In this document: in pieces, positions 1 through 13,020 of the stretch
Layout: each line of letters opens with the position of its first letter
Numbering within the stretch: position 1 is the stretch's first letter
Source: Geosiphon pyriformis uo1
Taxonomy: Eukaryota; Fungi; Glomeromycota
Direction of reading: 5' to 3'
Length of the DNA stretch: 64,000 nucleotides
NCBI GenBank assembly: GCA_016748015.1
Contig: JAAOMT010000135.1
Span: forward strand, 1,115,085-1,179,084
Position numbers and translations under genes: made by a program
Notes under the pieces: model-generated
Database searches by the model: none
Told to the model about the DNA's origin: nothing
What the model saw: only the letters and a program-made list of their open reading frames with translations

Positions 1-2250
1 AATACATAAATAATAATAATTTACAAAAACTCTTTGTCTCCTTAATTTTATGACCACAATCAAAGCAAAGAGTAAAAAAGCTGCACCTGATATCTGTCCT
101 GAAATATCTAATAAAATTTCAACCAGAAAAGCTTTCTCTGTTGTAGAAGCAACTAGGCAAAACGTTTTAGAAGTCTTCTCTTTACCCAGTAATAGTGATA
201 AGCTGCCTTTGGTAGCCACTGAAGCAACTTCCTCATCTTTGGCTGGTTTCTCACCAGTCAAAGTTCCCTCAAAGAGACACACTTGGATTAGTCCCAGTGT
301 TGCCTCCACCCCAACTAAGAGCCCAAAAGTTTTTAATAATAGACCAGTAAATAAGCTGGTCTTTCCTTTTATAGATTCAACATCTGGTGCTTCTGGCACC
401 ACTTCTTCAAAAAAAATGGTCAAAAAAACCAAAAGTTCAGAAAAATGGGGGCAGTTGCTTGCCTCTGTTATTGTTACACCGAACCTCTTTGTGGTTCCCA
501 ATGAGATCTTAGATGAGATCTCTGTAGCATCATCCAACACATTATCCAAGATGGGCCAAGATTAACTACTGGCTGTGTTGCCAAATGTGGTATTTTCTGG
601 CAGATTTTCGCCAGTTTTAGAAACAAAACAATCTTCTCCTGTTGGGTCACCTGTTCTTGAGAACTGGGCTGATCAGATAGAAACTGATTCATCAAAGATT
701 TGCTGGGTGGGTGGCCTCCACTCTGGTGCCTGATGCTACTTTTAAAATCAAATTGGCTCATATTAAGACTGTTTTTCAGTTTGTGCATGGTTTTTTGGGT
801 GCTAAATCTGTTTCAAAAGACAATGTGAAGCTTTTCTGTGTGGAGTTTGCTTCTTAACTGTCTTTGGAAGCTGCATTTCTGGTTGAGCTTACAAGCTCTG
901 TTTGTTTGACCACTCTCAAAATTGCCAAGTCTTTGGTGGTTTCTGAATCTGGCTCCTCTCCTGCTGCTGTTGCGCTGCATAATGTACCTTTGGGTGTGTC
1001 TGCTGCTGACGTTAAGCTGGCTCTTAATGTGTTTGGTAGTGTCACTTATGTTGTGCTAAAGCCTGCTGGCATTTGGCAGTATGTGGTGGTTTATTTTGAA
1101 AAGTTGGACTCTGCTGTGTCTGCCTTGAAACATTGGTCAGTCTTGATGGGCAAGGATAGTGTTAGAATCTTCCCTCTGGTAAATTAAAATGAGACTATTT
1201 TGTCTCATGATAAGTTTAAGGCCAAATTGGTCAACCTTCCCCCTGGCTGTACTATCTTTGAGATCAGTGATATGATTTCTCAGATTGGTGGTCAAACATG
1301 TTTCATCCTTTGTTCTCCTAATTCTGGTTGTCATTCCCGGTTTGCTTTGGTTACATTTGCCTCTCAAGGCAATTTGGATTCTGCTGTTGTCAAGACTGGT
1401 ACTTTAAGAAAATGCTGTATCTGGTGGGAAACTCCTGGCTGCCGGCACTGCTTTAGGTATCAAGAAATGGGCCATCTGGCTGTGAATTGCAAGATTTCTC
1501 CACCTCCTACTCCTAAGGTTCCTAAGGTTTTCAAGTCTTGTTTTGTGGGTGGTGTTTTTTATGTAAAAACTTCTGCTTTCCTGGATTCTTCTGAGTTTCC
1601 TTCCTTAGTGGCTTCTACTTTCCTTTCTATGGTTGTTGGTGATTTCTTAGTGTTTTCCTAATTGGCTTTTTTAGAATCTGATTTGGTCAAGCTTTCTATT
1701 TTAATTGAGTCTATTATTAAACCAATTGGTTCCTTGGTCAAATTGTTTGAGCAATTTGTTAATGGAGATTTGGTCTCAAGCAGTAAACTTGGCCTTAAGG
1801 TCAATGAGGTTATGGTACATATGGGTTTTTTTAGTAAGATTGTTGGTAAGTTGGGGAAAAAAGTGGTTTCTTTAAAAAAAGAATGCTGCATGGAGGATAT
1901 TGATATGTCTGGTAATTTAGAGCATCCAGTTGGTTTGGATGATGAGGTGTTTTTTAACTTGTTGTTCTTTTGGGAACATGAGTCTATTGATGTTAAAGCT
2001 GATGCCTTAAAAACAGCTGAATAGCTGGTTGGATTGGTTTTTTGTAGTGTGATTCTGTTTTTTGTTATTTAAAAGATGTCATTTTTGGGTAAGTTTTCTT
2101 CTGGTGCATCAATGTAGTATAGCCTAAACTGGCTCGAGTAGCTGGTTACATGTAGAAAATGCATGAACTACATCTAAATTAAGACCCTACATAGTCATAT
2201 TGTATTAGATAGTGGTTGGGCCTTGCTCGTTAAACTCTAAAAAAAAAAAA
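1..2250 (+). mobile_element. ORF1-only (HAL1-like) non-autonomous non-LTR retroelement with structured 3' tail and poly(A)
   Basis: A single degenerate ORF (50-2117) is followed directly by a ~120-nt tail and A12 at ~2239-2250. No endonuclease or RT is present. A second copy of the 3' part lies at 34591-35512. The tail is homologous to LINE 3' ends at ~29.7 kb and ~48.3 kb. Confidence 0.8.
50..2117 (+). pseudogene. LINE ORF1-like protein (RRM-like domains, CCHC zinc knuckle, coiled-coil), broken by stops and a frameshift
   Basis: ORF pieces 50-565, 864-1187, 1200-1661 and 1662-2024 read through CAA>TAA/TGG>TAG-type stops. RRM-like segments: 'VALHNVPLGVSAADVK...YVVVYFEKLDSAVSAL' and 'AKLVNLPPGCT...FALVTFASQ'. 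Knuckle 'CFRYQEMGHLAVNC' is CX2CX4HX4C with one C>Y. Confidence 0.8.
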
Positions 2251-4300
2251 TTATAAATAATTAAATTGTTTTTACAAAGTTTTTAAGTTCTAATATATTG
2301 GTTTTTAAGTTATTAAGTTTAATTATAAAAATTTTTGACTATTATTATTTAAATATAAAAATTTGTTAATACTATTAAACAAAAATATTAATAAAAACAT
2401 AAAAAATTTACTTATTATTATATTTAAATTAATAATTACAATAAAAGTTTGAATAATATTAAAAAATAATAGAAAAAACAAATTAACAATAAATTTATTT
2501 ACAAAAAAACCCAGAAATCTGATTTAATAAAAGTTGTACAAAATATTTTAAAGCATTTAAATAGTTTTTTATTATAAAAACAACTAATAAAAAAAAGAAT
2601 TTAGTTTTTAAAAATAAATTAAATATTAATAAAAAACCAAAAATAAATTTAAGTAAAATATTATTAACAATTTAAATTTAAGTTTTTTTATTAAAAAAAC
2701 TAAATAAAAAATAAAAATCTGTTTTTTAGCATAAATATATATTAATTATTGTTTATTAAGTATAATAAAATTTTTTTTAATATAATTATTAGAATTTTTA
2801 TTAATATTATATATTAAAAATATATAATTAAACTGTTTACAAACTGTATAAAACAGCAAAAACAAACTAGTTTAACACAAATTAATGTTTTTAAAAACTG
2901 AAATTAAATAAATATTATTATTTTTAGATTTTTTAATCTTAAAAAAAATAGTAATATATTTAATATAAATATAAAAAACCAAATTATAAGCAATAATACA
3001 AGTTTTTTATTATATAAAGCCAAAAAACAAAAAAATTATAAACAATAATACTTATTAAAAAAAAATATAGAAAAGTTTAATATTGGTCTTTAAATATTTA
3101 TGTTTGTTTTTTAGTATCTGTTTTAATTATACAAATTAATTTTTTTTAATAAAATCTGATTATTTAAAAACCAATAATTTAATAATTATTTTATTTCTAA
3201 ATTTTATTATAGTTTTTTATTATAATTTAATAAATTATATTTTAATTAACATAATTTTATTAAGTTTAGTAAAAACTAATTTTAAGAAAATTAATTAAGA
3301 TTTTTTTAATTATTATTTTCTAATTTATATAAATATTTTTTTTAAATTAATATTTACTAAAAATTTTTTATTAATTATCAAATTTTGTTAATTTAAGCTT
3401 AATTTAAAAGTAAATATTAATTGAATAATATCAAAAATTTTTAAAAAAGTAAAATTTTTTTAATCTAACTACTTAATAAAAAACTTTTTAATAAATTTTA
3501 ACTTATTAATTAAGTTTTTATTATTAATGACCAAAATATTAATATTTAAAACAAAAAATTAAATTAAAATTAAATTTTTTTTTAACTAATACAGTAATTA
3601 AAAACTTTAATTTATCAAACTTAAAAAAAAAGCTTTATAATTTATAATTATTTATATTATTAAAAAATAATAAAAACAATAACTTTATTAAATTGTAAAA
3701 CCAAATATAAATTATTTATAAAATTGTTTTATTTATAAGTTTAAAGTTATTTAATATATTTAAATTAAAATAATAAGTTTTTTTTACAACAGAATTTTTT
3801 AAGTTTTTAATATTTAATATATTATTAATATTATTAATTTTATTGTTTATTTTATTATTTTATAATTTAAATATTATAATATTACCAAAATTCAATATAT
3901 ATATAACCAAAAAACCAATAAATAAATTGATAATTTTAGTATTAAAAATAAGTTTTTTAGTTTTTTTATTAATACTTTTATAAATATATATATATATATA
4001 TATTTTTAATGTTAAAATAAATTTTTACTTTAATTTTATATATAATTAAACTATTAAAAAAAGTTTAAGTTTATTATTATAAATAAAGATATATTAATAA
4101 AATATTAAAAAAAATAATACTTGGTTTTTTAAAATAATTAATATTTTGTACAATATTTTTTAATAAAAAGAAAACATTTATTAAAATGTTAATATTAAAC
4201 AAAAAATTATAAATATAAATTAAATAAAATTATTTTTACTAAAAAACAAATAGTTTATTTATTTAAATAATGTTTAACAATTATTTCAGTTATTGTAAAC
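2251..4300. other. Extremely AT-rich, CpG-free decayed repeat DNA, including a (TA)n run at ~3984-4003
   Basis: Base composition is very strongly A/T and no ORF of 60 aa or more is present. Confidence 0.6.
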
Positions 4301-4474
4301 TAAATTGTAAGAACAACAAATGTATTTGTAAAAAGTTGGGTATAGAACATAGTTCAAAATATCATTTTTGTTAATCAAAATGCATTAATCAATTAAACTT
4401 TGAATGGGTCATTATCATAAATTTTTGGAATTTAATTTATTATAATAAACTGAATTCATTAAGCAATCAGTCAA

Positions 4475-4546
4475 GCGTTGGTGGTGTAGTGGTTAGCATG
4501 CATGCCTTCCAAGCACGCGTCCCGGGTTCGATTCCCGGCCAACGCA
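4475..4546 (+). tRNA. tRNA-Gly(TCC)
   Basis: GCGTTGG acceptor stem pairs with CCAACGC-A. D-loop is TAGTGGTTA, anticodon loop CTTCCAA, T-arm CCGGGTTCGATTCCCGG. 72 nt, no intron. Confidence 0.96.
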
Positions 4547-4569
4547 TTTCTTATAGTATATTCAAATCA

Positions 4570-4760
4570 TTTTGTCGCGTTAAGAAATTTTTCATTTTTG
4601 AGACATTATACAGCAGAATATTATTCTTTAGCCAAGGGTTGGCGGCGATCATAAGATAAAAAATGTAACCTTTAAAATCTGGACGTAGTTCAAAAAGGAA
4701 GCGCGTAAGATCACGTGTAAAATATACTATTTACTATAAATATTAAACGCGTTCTTAGGT
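4570..4760 (+). promoter_or_regulatory. Promoter of ZGRF1-like gene with MCB/E2F-like CGCG boxes and an E-box
   Basis: TCGCGT (~4575), GCGCGTAA (~4701), CACGTG (~4712) and AACGCGTT (~4747) upstream of ATG 4815. Confidence 0.4.
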
Positions 4761-4814
4761 TTCTAGAATTTCCAGCATTTTGAGACTTACTTACAGTTTG
4801 ACCTTCTTTTCACA

Positions 4815-7800
4815 ATGTCTGAGGAAACACCCACAGTGAAACACTTTGCTGTTTTGTATACCTCTCAGAAACATAAAAAGGTCAAAACTTGGCACGACGG
4901 TAACTTCAATTAATCAGATAATCGTGCCTATTGAGTGGTTTTGGTGTCTTGGGAGAAAAAAAACACTCAAAATTTATCACTTTTTGCCAAAACTATGTTT
5001 CTTCTATTTCTCGTTCAAAAATAGGCTTCCTAAGATATTTCACCGCTTACACCAAAGTAAGGCTTAAGAGAAACTTTTATGTGTTCACTTTTTTGGTTCA
5101 CCTTCTTTTTTTTGAAAGTTCCCAGAGATAATACTTATATGCCCATAGGCTGTTCTATATGATGAGAAGCAACGGCAGCTTGATAGGTAGGTTTTGATTA
5201 TCATTAAAAAATCAGAAATTGATGATCTGATCCTTAAATTTCATGTCTTCACACGCATAGTACCTTTCAAAAGAGCATTCCGGACGTAGGAGATGATATG
5301 GATTTCGGAGGGTAAATGATACTTTTTGCAAAATAACTTTTTTCCAAATTACTAATTCATATAAAAATAAACATCTCAGACATTTGGTTACTATTGAATC
5401 CTTGATCGATCAGAATAATGAGGATGTCACTACAGACGTGAAAAAAGCTCGAGCTACTCAACAGGTAGGTAAAAACTTGCCTAGTTTTTCATTTGTCTTT
5501 TTTCGAATCTTTAAAATTTTTAAAATTTTTAGGGCCAACAAACGGCTCTAGAGATCCCATTAGAGGGAATACCAGCAGGGCCTAATGTCATAACGAAAAG
5601 AGTGAGGCAATCAATCAATGTTAAAGTTCTACCACCACCCACAATCGTAATTCGAGAACCTCCCAAAACCACGCGTAAAAGAGCCTCAAACTCGATCAAA
5701 AAAAATTCGGGTAAGAAAAAAGTGAGAAACTCAAGATTGATCTTTAGACAATCACCTTAACTCCGTATAACCATTTTAAATTTACAAGCCTCCAAGCTCT
5801 CGGAATCAACAGATGAAAACTCTTCCACTTTGGAAGAAGTACCATCAAGCACCGCAGCTACCCAGAATGGAAATACTAATGGCAAGAGGAACGAAGCCGC
5901 TGGGATCATTATGAATCATGTATGAGTTTGATTGCTTTGTTGTTTTATTGTGATTAGTGATCAAATTTTTTCTTTAATCCAAGCTTCCAGTAAAACGTCG
6001 AAGGATTGGGCTCAGCAGATCCGCACTAGCCTCGATTCCCTCCAGTTCAACAACTTTAAATAACATTGATAGTAATGTATTTACGACTGCCAGCTATTCG
6101 ATGGGTGACTCGTAATTACACTGCCACAAATTGTGCTTCTTCCATTTTAGTTTCTACACATTTACTCTATATTTGATCATAGATCCTGTGGTGCCGATCA
6201 ATTGAGCGCCGGGCCTAGTGCTCCTTTCAAGTTAGTCTGCATTAAAATTGTGAACAATCTTCCTCCATTAGTGGCTGAATTTTTATTTTCATGTATTTGA
6301 AGACTTTGCTCCCGATTCAAATCAGGACTAATTACAACGTTTAGGTTAGTAGTAAAGCATAAACGTACTGTCGGCTTATTTAATTCATATTCCTAAAATT
6401 TCTCAAGTTCCCTTAGACATGGTGGTATTTTTCAGAAGCCGGTTGAATTTCTAAGTGAGACACAATGCGACAAAATTGTCCGAGAAAAAAAACCACTCGT
6501 TCGATCCTGTATTCTTCCTGACCGGTTTGTGAGTATTAATAGACTCTGGTCGGGAAAAAATATCACGAATTATTAACTCAGAATTTTATTTGCTTTATTT
6601 TTCACTTTTCCTGATATGCTTGATCTTGAAGATGTCGGCAGATCATTACAGGGATAGCTTATTGGCATTGATTTATGAACACTTGAATGTAAGTCTTACA
6701 TCCATCTTTTTAATTAAATTTTATCCCGAGCTTATTAATGGGGAACTCGGTTCTATAGGTATCTTTAGCAGTGATTGCCCAGGATTTTTATCGCAAAGTT
6801 CAACTTAGAGAACTCATGTCTCGAAGCAATGAACAAGATATGGAAACAGCTCTGCGTGAAAAAGGGATAGGATTGCATGCAAAATGCAGGCTAGGGTAAT
6901 TTTCTTGATACATACATACATACATACTGTTATAATGTTGAATCATCAAGGCTTGATATTTACCCCACTTTACACTCCAAGTGAACCCGAATTTGGCTTT
7001 GGCATAGCCGGATCATTCGCTAACAATAATAACAAGAACAAATATTCTGAAAACATAAAATCTGTGATGCAATCGGTCATGGTGGAAGATGAATTACATT
7101 TTACTCTTCGGATCCCAAATAAAGCTCATCATTCTACATATTCAAAAGATGATATATGGGTACAATAAAATTTGCTCTTTACATAACCATTCATGTATAT
7201 GATCTCATGGTTATTTTTCTGGCTTCTCCCCGCAAAGGTAATATCGTCATCCTTAAAATTTGAACAGAGTCAAACCTTTATAGCTCGTTCTACTTTTTAC
7301 GGACCTTTAAGTTGTGGTGGCCTCAGCATCAAATGTCTTAATCCAAGAGACTCATCCGTGTCCAAGACTTTATTTAATTCGCAAACCGAAAATCTTTTCG
7401 CTCTTCGTGCAATTAACGCAAGTTCGGAATTGATGATGATAGGTAGGAACTTATTCGATTATTTCTTCACAATCTATCCGGTACTATTAAAGTGGCACTT
7501 TCACTCGACAGATAATCTTAAAGGACATTTGGAGAAATTGCCGATTCTCGGGCATTTAATCGATCATAAGAAATGGAATTTAAGGGGTCCCAAAAGCTCC
7601 AATAATAAGAGATTAAAGCCACCAACCATGAATCCTATATCCCATAAGACAGGAAATATTATGTTAACAGATGAAGATTCTGATATACCTGCTCTTTTAG
7701 ATGAGTGGGTGCAGCAATATCATTTAAATCAAGATCAGGAAAAAGTCTTACGAGCGCTTGCCCACTTGATCATCCGGGCCCCTGGATTTCCCCCAGATAA

Positions 7801-10800
7801 TTCTAATGAGGGACAAGAAGATCCTCCAGTCGTTTTAGTTCATGGAATATTTGGCTCTGGGAAAAGGTATGTTAGTTTCGCTTGTCCTTTAATAATTAAT
7901 AAAAATTATACATCTGATGGGTACTAATCCAAAATTAGTTATCTTATCGCTGTCCTAATAATGTTCATTGATCGGGTGCTCTCGATGAAACAAGAGGTTG
8001 TTGATAGTGAAGAGGAGCAGCAGCACCAACCATACAAGATACTTATTTCATCAATTACTAACGTAGCTGTTGATCGAATTCTTTTGGTAAAACCAATCTT
8101 AAATGAAATAAATTCTTTCAATGTAATTTAATTGTATTTTTTATTCTATAGGAATTAATAAAGATGGGATTCAAGAATTTTGTTCGCTGTGGAAGGTATT
8201 TAATGCTCTGAGAATTTTTTCTCTGAAAAATTCCAAGACCTGCAGAATGAATTTCATGGGTAAATTTTGAACATTTTTAGCCTCAAAAGAATATCAAAGC
8301 CCATTCTGCCATGGACCGCACAAACAATGACCAATAACGATGAAAAATTGAAGGAGTTGAATAATATGCTCAAGGACGAGAGAATCGCTGATGTAGAGAT
8401 TGAGTATGTCAAAGAAACCATAGAAAGATTCAAAAATTTACAAGTAAGATCGAACAGACAGCAGAACGAGTTAACACGCACGAGATTAAAAAAAGATCTA
8501 ATTCTGGTGATTTTTTTTTTGTAGAATAGAGGATTAGTTCACAGTGCTATGGTGGTTGGTGAGTATAATGATTTTAAAAGTCAGAGGCATGATGTGACCT
8601 CATCAATCCCCAAATGATCATCATTTATTATTTTCATAAAGGCACGACATGTATGGCATCCACATTTGAAATGCTCGATGATGTTCGGTTTTCACTTGCA
8701 ATACTTGATGAATCATCACAGATATCTGAACCCATGGCGTTGGTCCCTATATGTCGATTTGAATGTCAGAAACTGTTGCTGGTTGGAGATCCCCAACAGC
8801 TTCCGCCAATGTTAACCACCAAATCCGAAAAGGCAATTGTTCGTAAAGGGTTAGACCGCACACTGTTTGACAGATCGGTGCTGATGGGAATAGAGGTTCG
8901 AGATTTTCGAGTTGGACTTGGTTATTGGCACCATTTTTGAAGTTTTTTTTTTGCGAATTCTAATTTTCAATGAGTCAGCCCATAATGTTACGGACTCAAT
9001 ATCGAGTAAGTTTGCAAAAAGATCTTCTTGATCAAACTTTAAACCACATCGGGAACCTTATATCTTCGATCTCATTCAGTGTCATCCTAAAATCTCGGCC
9101 ATCAGTAACGAACTTTTTTATCATGATAAACTGAGGGATGGAACGATAGAAACCTTATTAGAGCCTGTTGTTTCAGGACTTCCAACTTTGTGTTGGATTG
9201 ATGTCAAAGGAGAGGTATGATTTCAGCTTTTTTTCTTGGAATATAATTTTTGAAGCTTTAAAGGACATGCTCGGAAATCAATCCGTCTTTAGGAACATCA
9301 GCACGCTTCTAAATCATTTTATAATGACAACGAGGCTAAATTGATTGCCGACCTCGTTAAACATTTGCTCTGTATCGGTGTCAAAGGGGATGACATTGGG
9401 ATCATAGCCCTATGTATGCTTTGCTACTAGTCAAAAAACTGTTGAATCTCGACCGCAAAGAATTATTTTTCTTTAATTTTAGCTTCCTTACTTCACCCTT
9501 AGACAAGGCACAGGTATCTCGTTTGGGGGAGAAGCTGGCATCCAACTCAACGAAATTGGAACAAACAGTCAAGGTAAGACAATTATCCGGTTGTGACTTG
9601 CTTTTAAAAACGAGTGATATTTTTGAATTCAACAATTCAATTGGGACCCAGATTTCAACAGTGGATGCTTTTCAGGTAGGAGCTTGAAAATTTCTAAAGT
9701 TCTCGTTCTTCGAACTAAAAAATGAAGATGGGACTTTAGGGTGCCGAACGAAATATCATTATTCTATCTTGCGTACGAACAAAATCCATCGGTTTCAGCG
9801 ACAACCATGAACGGATTAATGTGGCATTAACACGTGCCCGAAGGCATATGTTAATCTTTGGAGATGCCAATTTCCTCCAAACAAGCAGATGTTGGGAGCG
9901 AATTATTAAAAATCATTGTAAAAGTAAGTTGAATATTTGGTAATACCCATGATAAAACAGTTTATCCTCATCGTGATACGAATATATATAGAAGCGAAAG
10001 ATGGATTCCTAGACAATAAAGCTTTCTCTCAACGAATACCGTCATTCCGGCTTGATAAGCAACTTTTAGGATTGGAGCCATCAACTGATCTTGGAATGAT
10101 GGGTATTGTTGAAGAGGACGCTTTTTTGGACTTTGATGAGGAGGAAATTGTTACAGGCGTAGGGGAAGACGAGTCAAAACTGACCGCTGGTCAGGAAGTA
10201 TTAATCCCAAATTTTGTTGACGACACGGATTCTATAAACGCTATTATCCAAGATCTTGCGATCGAGTCTGTTGACTTCAAAATCAACGACCTAATCGAAA
10301 ACCAAAATTTACATGGGTCAAAAACAAATCAGGGGATAATTTCGGCAAAATTCGGTCAAGGTACTCAAAATTCACAGGGCACTAGGAAGAATCAATTCAT
10401 TAGTGCGTCACAACCTTATGATAAAATTTCTCAAGGCTCGCAGGTGGGTTTCACAGATATCTTTACTGAAAACTTTTATCAAGGTTCTCGTAAGGGATAC
10501 GATCCAATAGAACGTGAGGTCGACATGCTATTAGAAAATGGAAAAAGAGGTCCTTCGTCATTTGGAGCAGCCCAAGATAGACCCAACCCTTTAAGTGGCC
10601 CAAGTCTGTTTAATGTTGCGTTCACTAACTTACCATTGGCTTCAGAAAATATACCTAAAGGAAACTCGAAGGCAGTGCCTGAGGGTTCTGTTTTCCCAAT
10701 GTTACCAGGTCATCACGAAGTCGGTAACGATTTTATCAACTGGGTGAACCTGGTTAAATTAGCAGATCAGACTGATACTAATTTTGACATCAGAAAAGAG

Positions 10801-10815
10801 CCAAGACTACATTAA
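4815..10815 (+). CDS. ZGRF1: ZGRF1-like protein: N-terminal DUF2439 plus C-terminal SF1 (DNA2/NAM7-type AAA_11/AAA_12) helicase; multi-exon
   Basis: N-terminus MSEETPTVKHFAVLYTSQKHKKVKTWHDG fits DUF2439. Helicase motifs: Walker A 'VHGIFGSGKS', 'SSITNVAVDRIL', 'LDESSQISEP', 'LVGDPQQLPP', 'LRTQYRCHP', 'STVDAFQGAE', 'RINVALTRAR'. GT-AG introns join the pieces. Confidence 0.88.
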
Positions 10816-10999
10816 ATCAATGGAATTTTTTATTGTTGCTTAACGTTTAGACCTTGATTTCGACTAAAAGTTGCACTTATTAAAATTCATTTATTAATGG
10901 TATGCATGATGCATGCAACTTTGAAATATTCCGAAAATACTACTTGTAGATGTTAACGCAAACTGCTTGGTTTGAGACAATAGCCTTGTGATACACTAG

Positions 11000-11376
11000 T
11001 CAACACGATTTGCCTTTCTCTTTCAGATCCGGATCAGTACCACCATCCACAATAGCGGTATTGAAATTTTTCCATAGCGCGGCAACATTTTCAAAGTCTT
11101 TCCCGACGGCAATAACGCTCTCTAAATTTTTCGAGAGGAGGCTCATGTTTGTATTTACCTGTTCCAGGCTCTGAGTTTTTCATCAAATCAGGTCAAGGTG
11201 AAGAAAAGAAAAAGAAAGCACAAAACTAAAAGAAACCATTAATGAAAAATTACTTGTAAAACATTATTAAGCATCATATCACGTTCTTTTTGGAATGAGG
11301 TTCGGTCAACGGTGGAATTTGATGTAGTACCTGGGACGACTATGCGGGCGTTTGTGGTTGTTTGATCCATGTTCAT
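11000..11376 (-). CDS. DAD1: DASH/Dam1 complex subunit Dad1 (2 exons: 11376-11254, 11170-11000; ~97 aa)
   Basis: Spliced translation ...SFQKERDMMLNNVLQ|SLEQVNTNMSLLSKNLESVIAVGKDFENVAALWKNF... matches the Dad1 family pattern. The GT-AG intron is in phase. Confidence 0.88.
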
Positions 11377-11519
11377 TTTTCGACAATGGATATAAGATTG
11401 TAATTTCAAATTTTCGCATAATAAATAATATAGACTTCCAAGTTAAAAACTGGAGAAAATGTCCGATTGGTTGATTATTGTGCAAGGTTGCATATTTATA
11501 AATCAAAAACATTTAATAA

Positions 11520-12840
11520 ATTGAAATACATTTTCCTTTTTTAAAAATTTAATTTTAATAATATCACATAAAACTTAATACTTAAAATAAATACAATTTA
11601 TTAAAACAATTTTTTTTGCTCAAATTATAATTAATTAAAAACTCTTTTTTTTTTAAATTTTATGATTACAACCAAAGTAAAAAGTAAAAAAACAACCAAT
11701 AATTTTTTATAGTTTTAAGATTATTATCATTTAAAAAGTTTTTTTTAGTTATAAAAACAATTAAACAAAATATTGTAAAAGTGCTTTTTCCAAATATTTT
11801 ATTTTAAACTCATTTTTTTTGTTTTTGGTTAAAAGTTAATTTTTAATTAAAGTTTTTTTAAAGCAATATACTAAAACTAGTTACAATTTTTTAAAAAAAT
11901 TCAAAAGTTTTTAACAATAAATTAATAACAAAGTTAATGTTTTTTGTTATTTTTTAAATAATAATAAAAACTAAAGCAATAAAAAAACAACTTTTTATTT
12001 TTTTTATTAATAATATTGCCAAATTTTTTTAAGATAACAGAAAATAATTTTGGTGGTTATTAAAACACTTTACTGTTGAAAACTTGTTTTTTTTTAAAAA
12101 ACAAAACATTGGTTTTTTTATTAATTTTGTATTATTAATATTAATTATTAGTTTTAAACAATAATAATAATAAAAATATATTTGTCAAATTTGTTTTAAA
12201 TTAATATTTAATTATGTTGTTTAATAATTAATTTTTTGGTTAATTATTATTAACTTTAAAAAAAACAAAATATATTTTAATATGTAATTTTATTTAATTA
12301 AACTATTATATTATTTGACTTTAAAAGTTATATAATATATAATATAACTTTTTTTGTATTTTTATAATTACAACTAAAATAAAAAGTAATTTTTTTTTTG
12401 GTTTTTAATAATATTCTAAAATTTCAAGTAATATAAAATTAAAACAGTTTTTGGCTTCTAAAAAATATTTTTTGTTTTTAATTAAAATACTTTTTTTTAA
12501 ATTTTTTTAAAATAGTTTATTAAAAATAATTTTAATATTATTGTTATTATGCTAAAAACCCAAAAACTTTTAATTAAAAACCAATAATTAAATTATTTTG
12601 TTTTTTGGTTTTTATTATTTTAAAACTTGTTTTTTATTTTTTAATATTTTTAATATTTTTATCAATTTTATATTATAAATACTAATTACAATTTTTAGCT
12701 TTTTTGGTTATATATAATGGTTTTTTTATTTAAACAACAATAATAATATATTTATTAAAATAATACAAAATAATACAAAATAAGATTTAATTATATTATT
12801 TTAAACTATTTTAAAATATTAAAATTATTATAAATTATTT
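11520..12840. other. Extremely AT-rich, CpG-free decayed repeat DNA
   Basis: Abrupt compositional switch just upstream of DAD1; no ORFs. Confidence 0.55.
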
Positions 12841-13020
12841 TATTTTATTTTTATTTGACATATTAGTTTAATTATTATTTAATAAAATATAATTATCATG
12901 TATTTTAAATTTAATATAATTTATGTGTTTTTTACATGTAATTAAACACAAGTTCAATTCAAATTATATTATATTAAAACTACAAAAAAAACTTATTTAA
13001 AAAAACTATTTTTTAAATTA
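12840..13020 (-). repeat. Inverted, decayed copy of the shared non-LTR 3' tail plus the last codons of an ORF1-only-type ORF
   Basis: 'tttatgtgttttttacatgtaatt' and 'tttaattattatttaataaaatataattat' align to the reverse complement of the 2118-2250 tail, mostly by C>T/G>A changes. Confidence 0.5.

Noticed and set aside
2118-2150. tRNA A-box-like start of the shared tail (TGGCTCGAGTAGCTGG)
   Set aside because: No B-box or cloverleaf follows, so a tRNA-derived SINE origin is unsupported.
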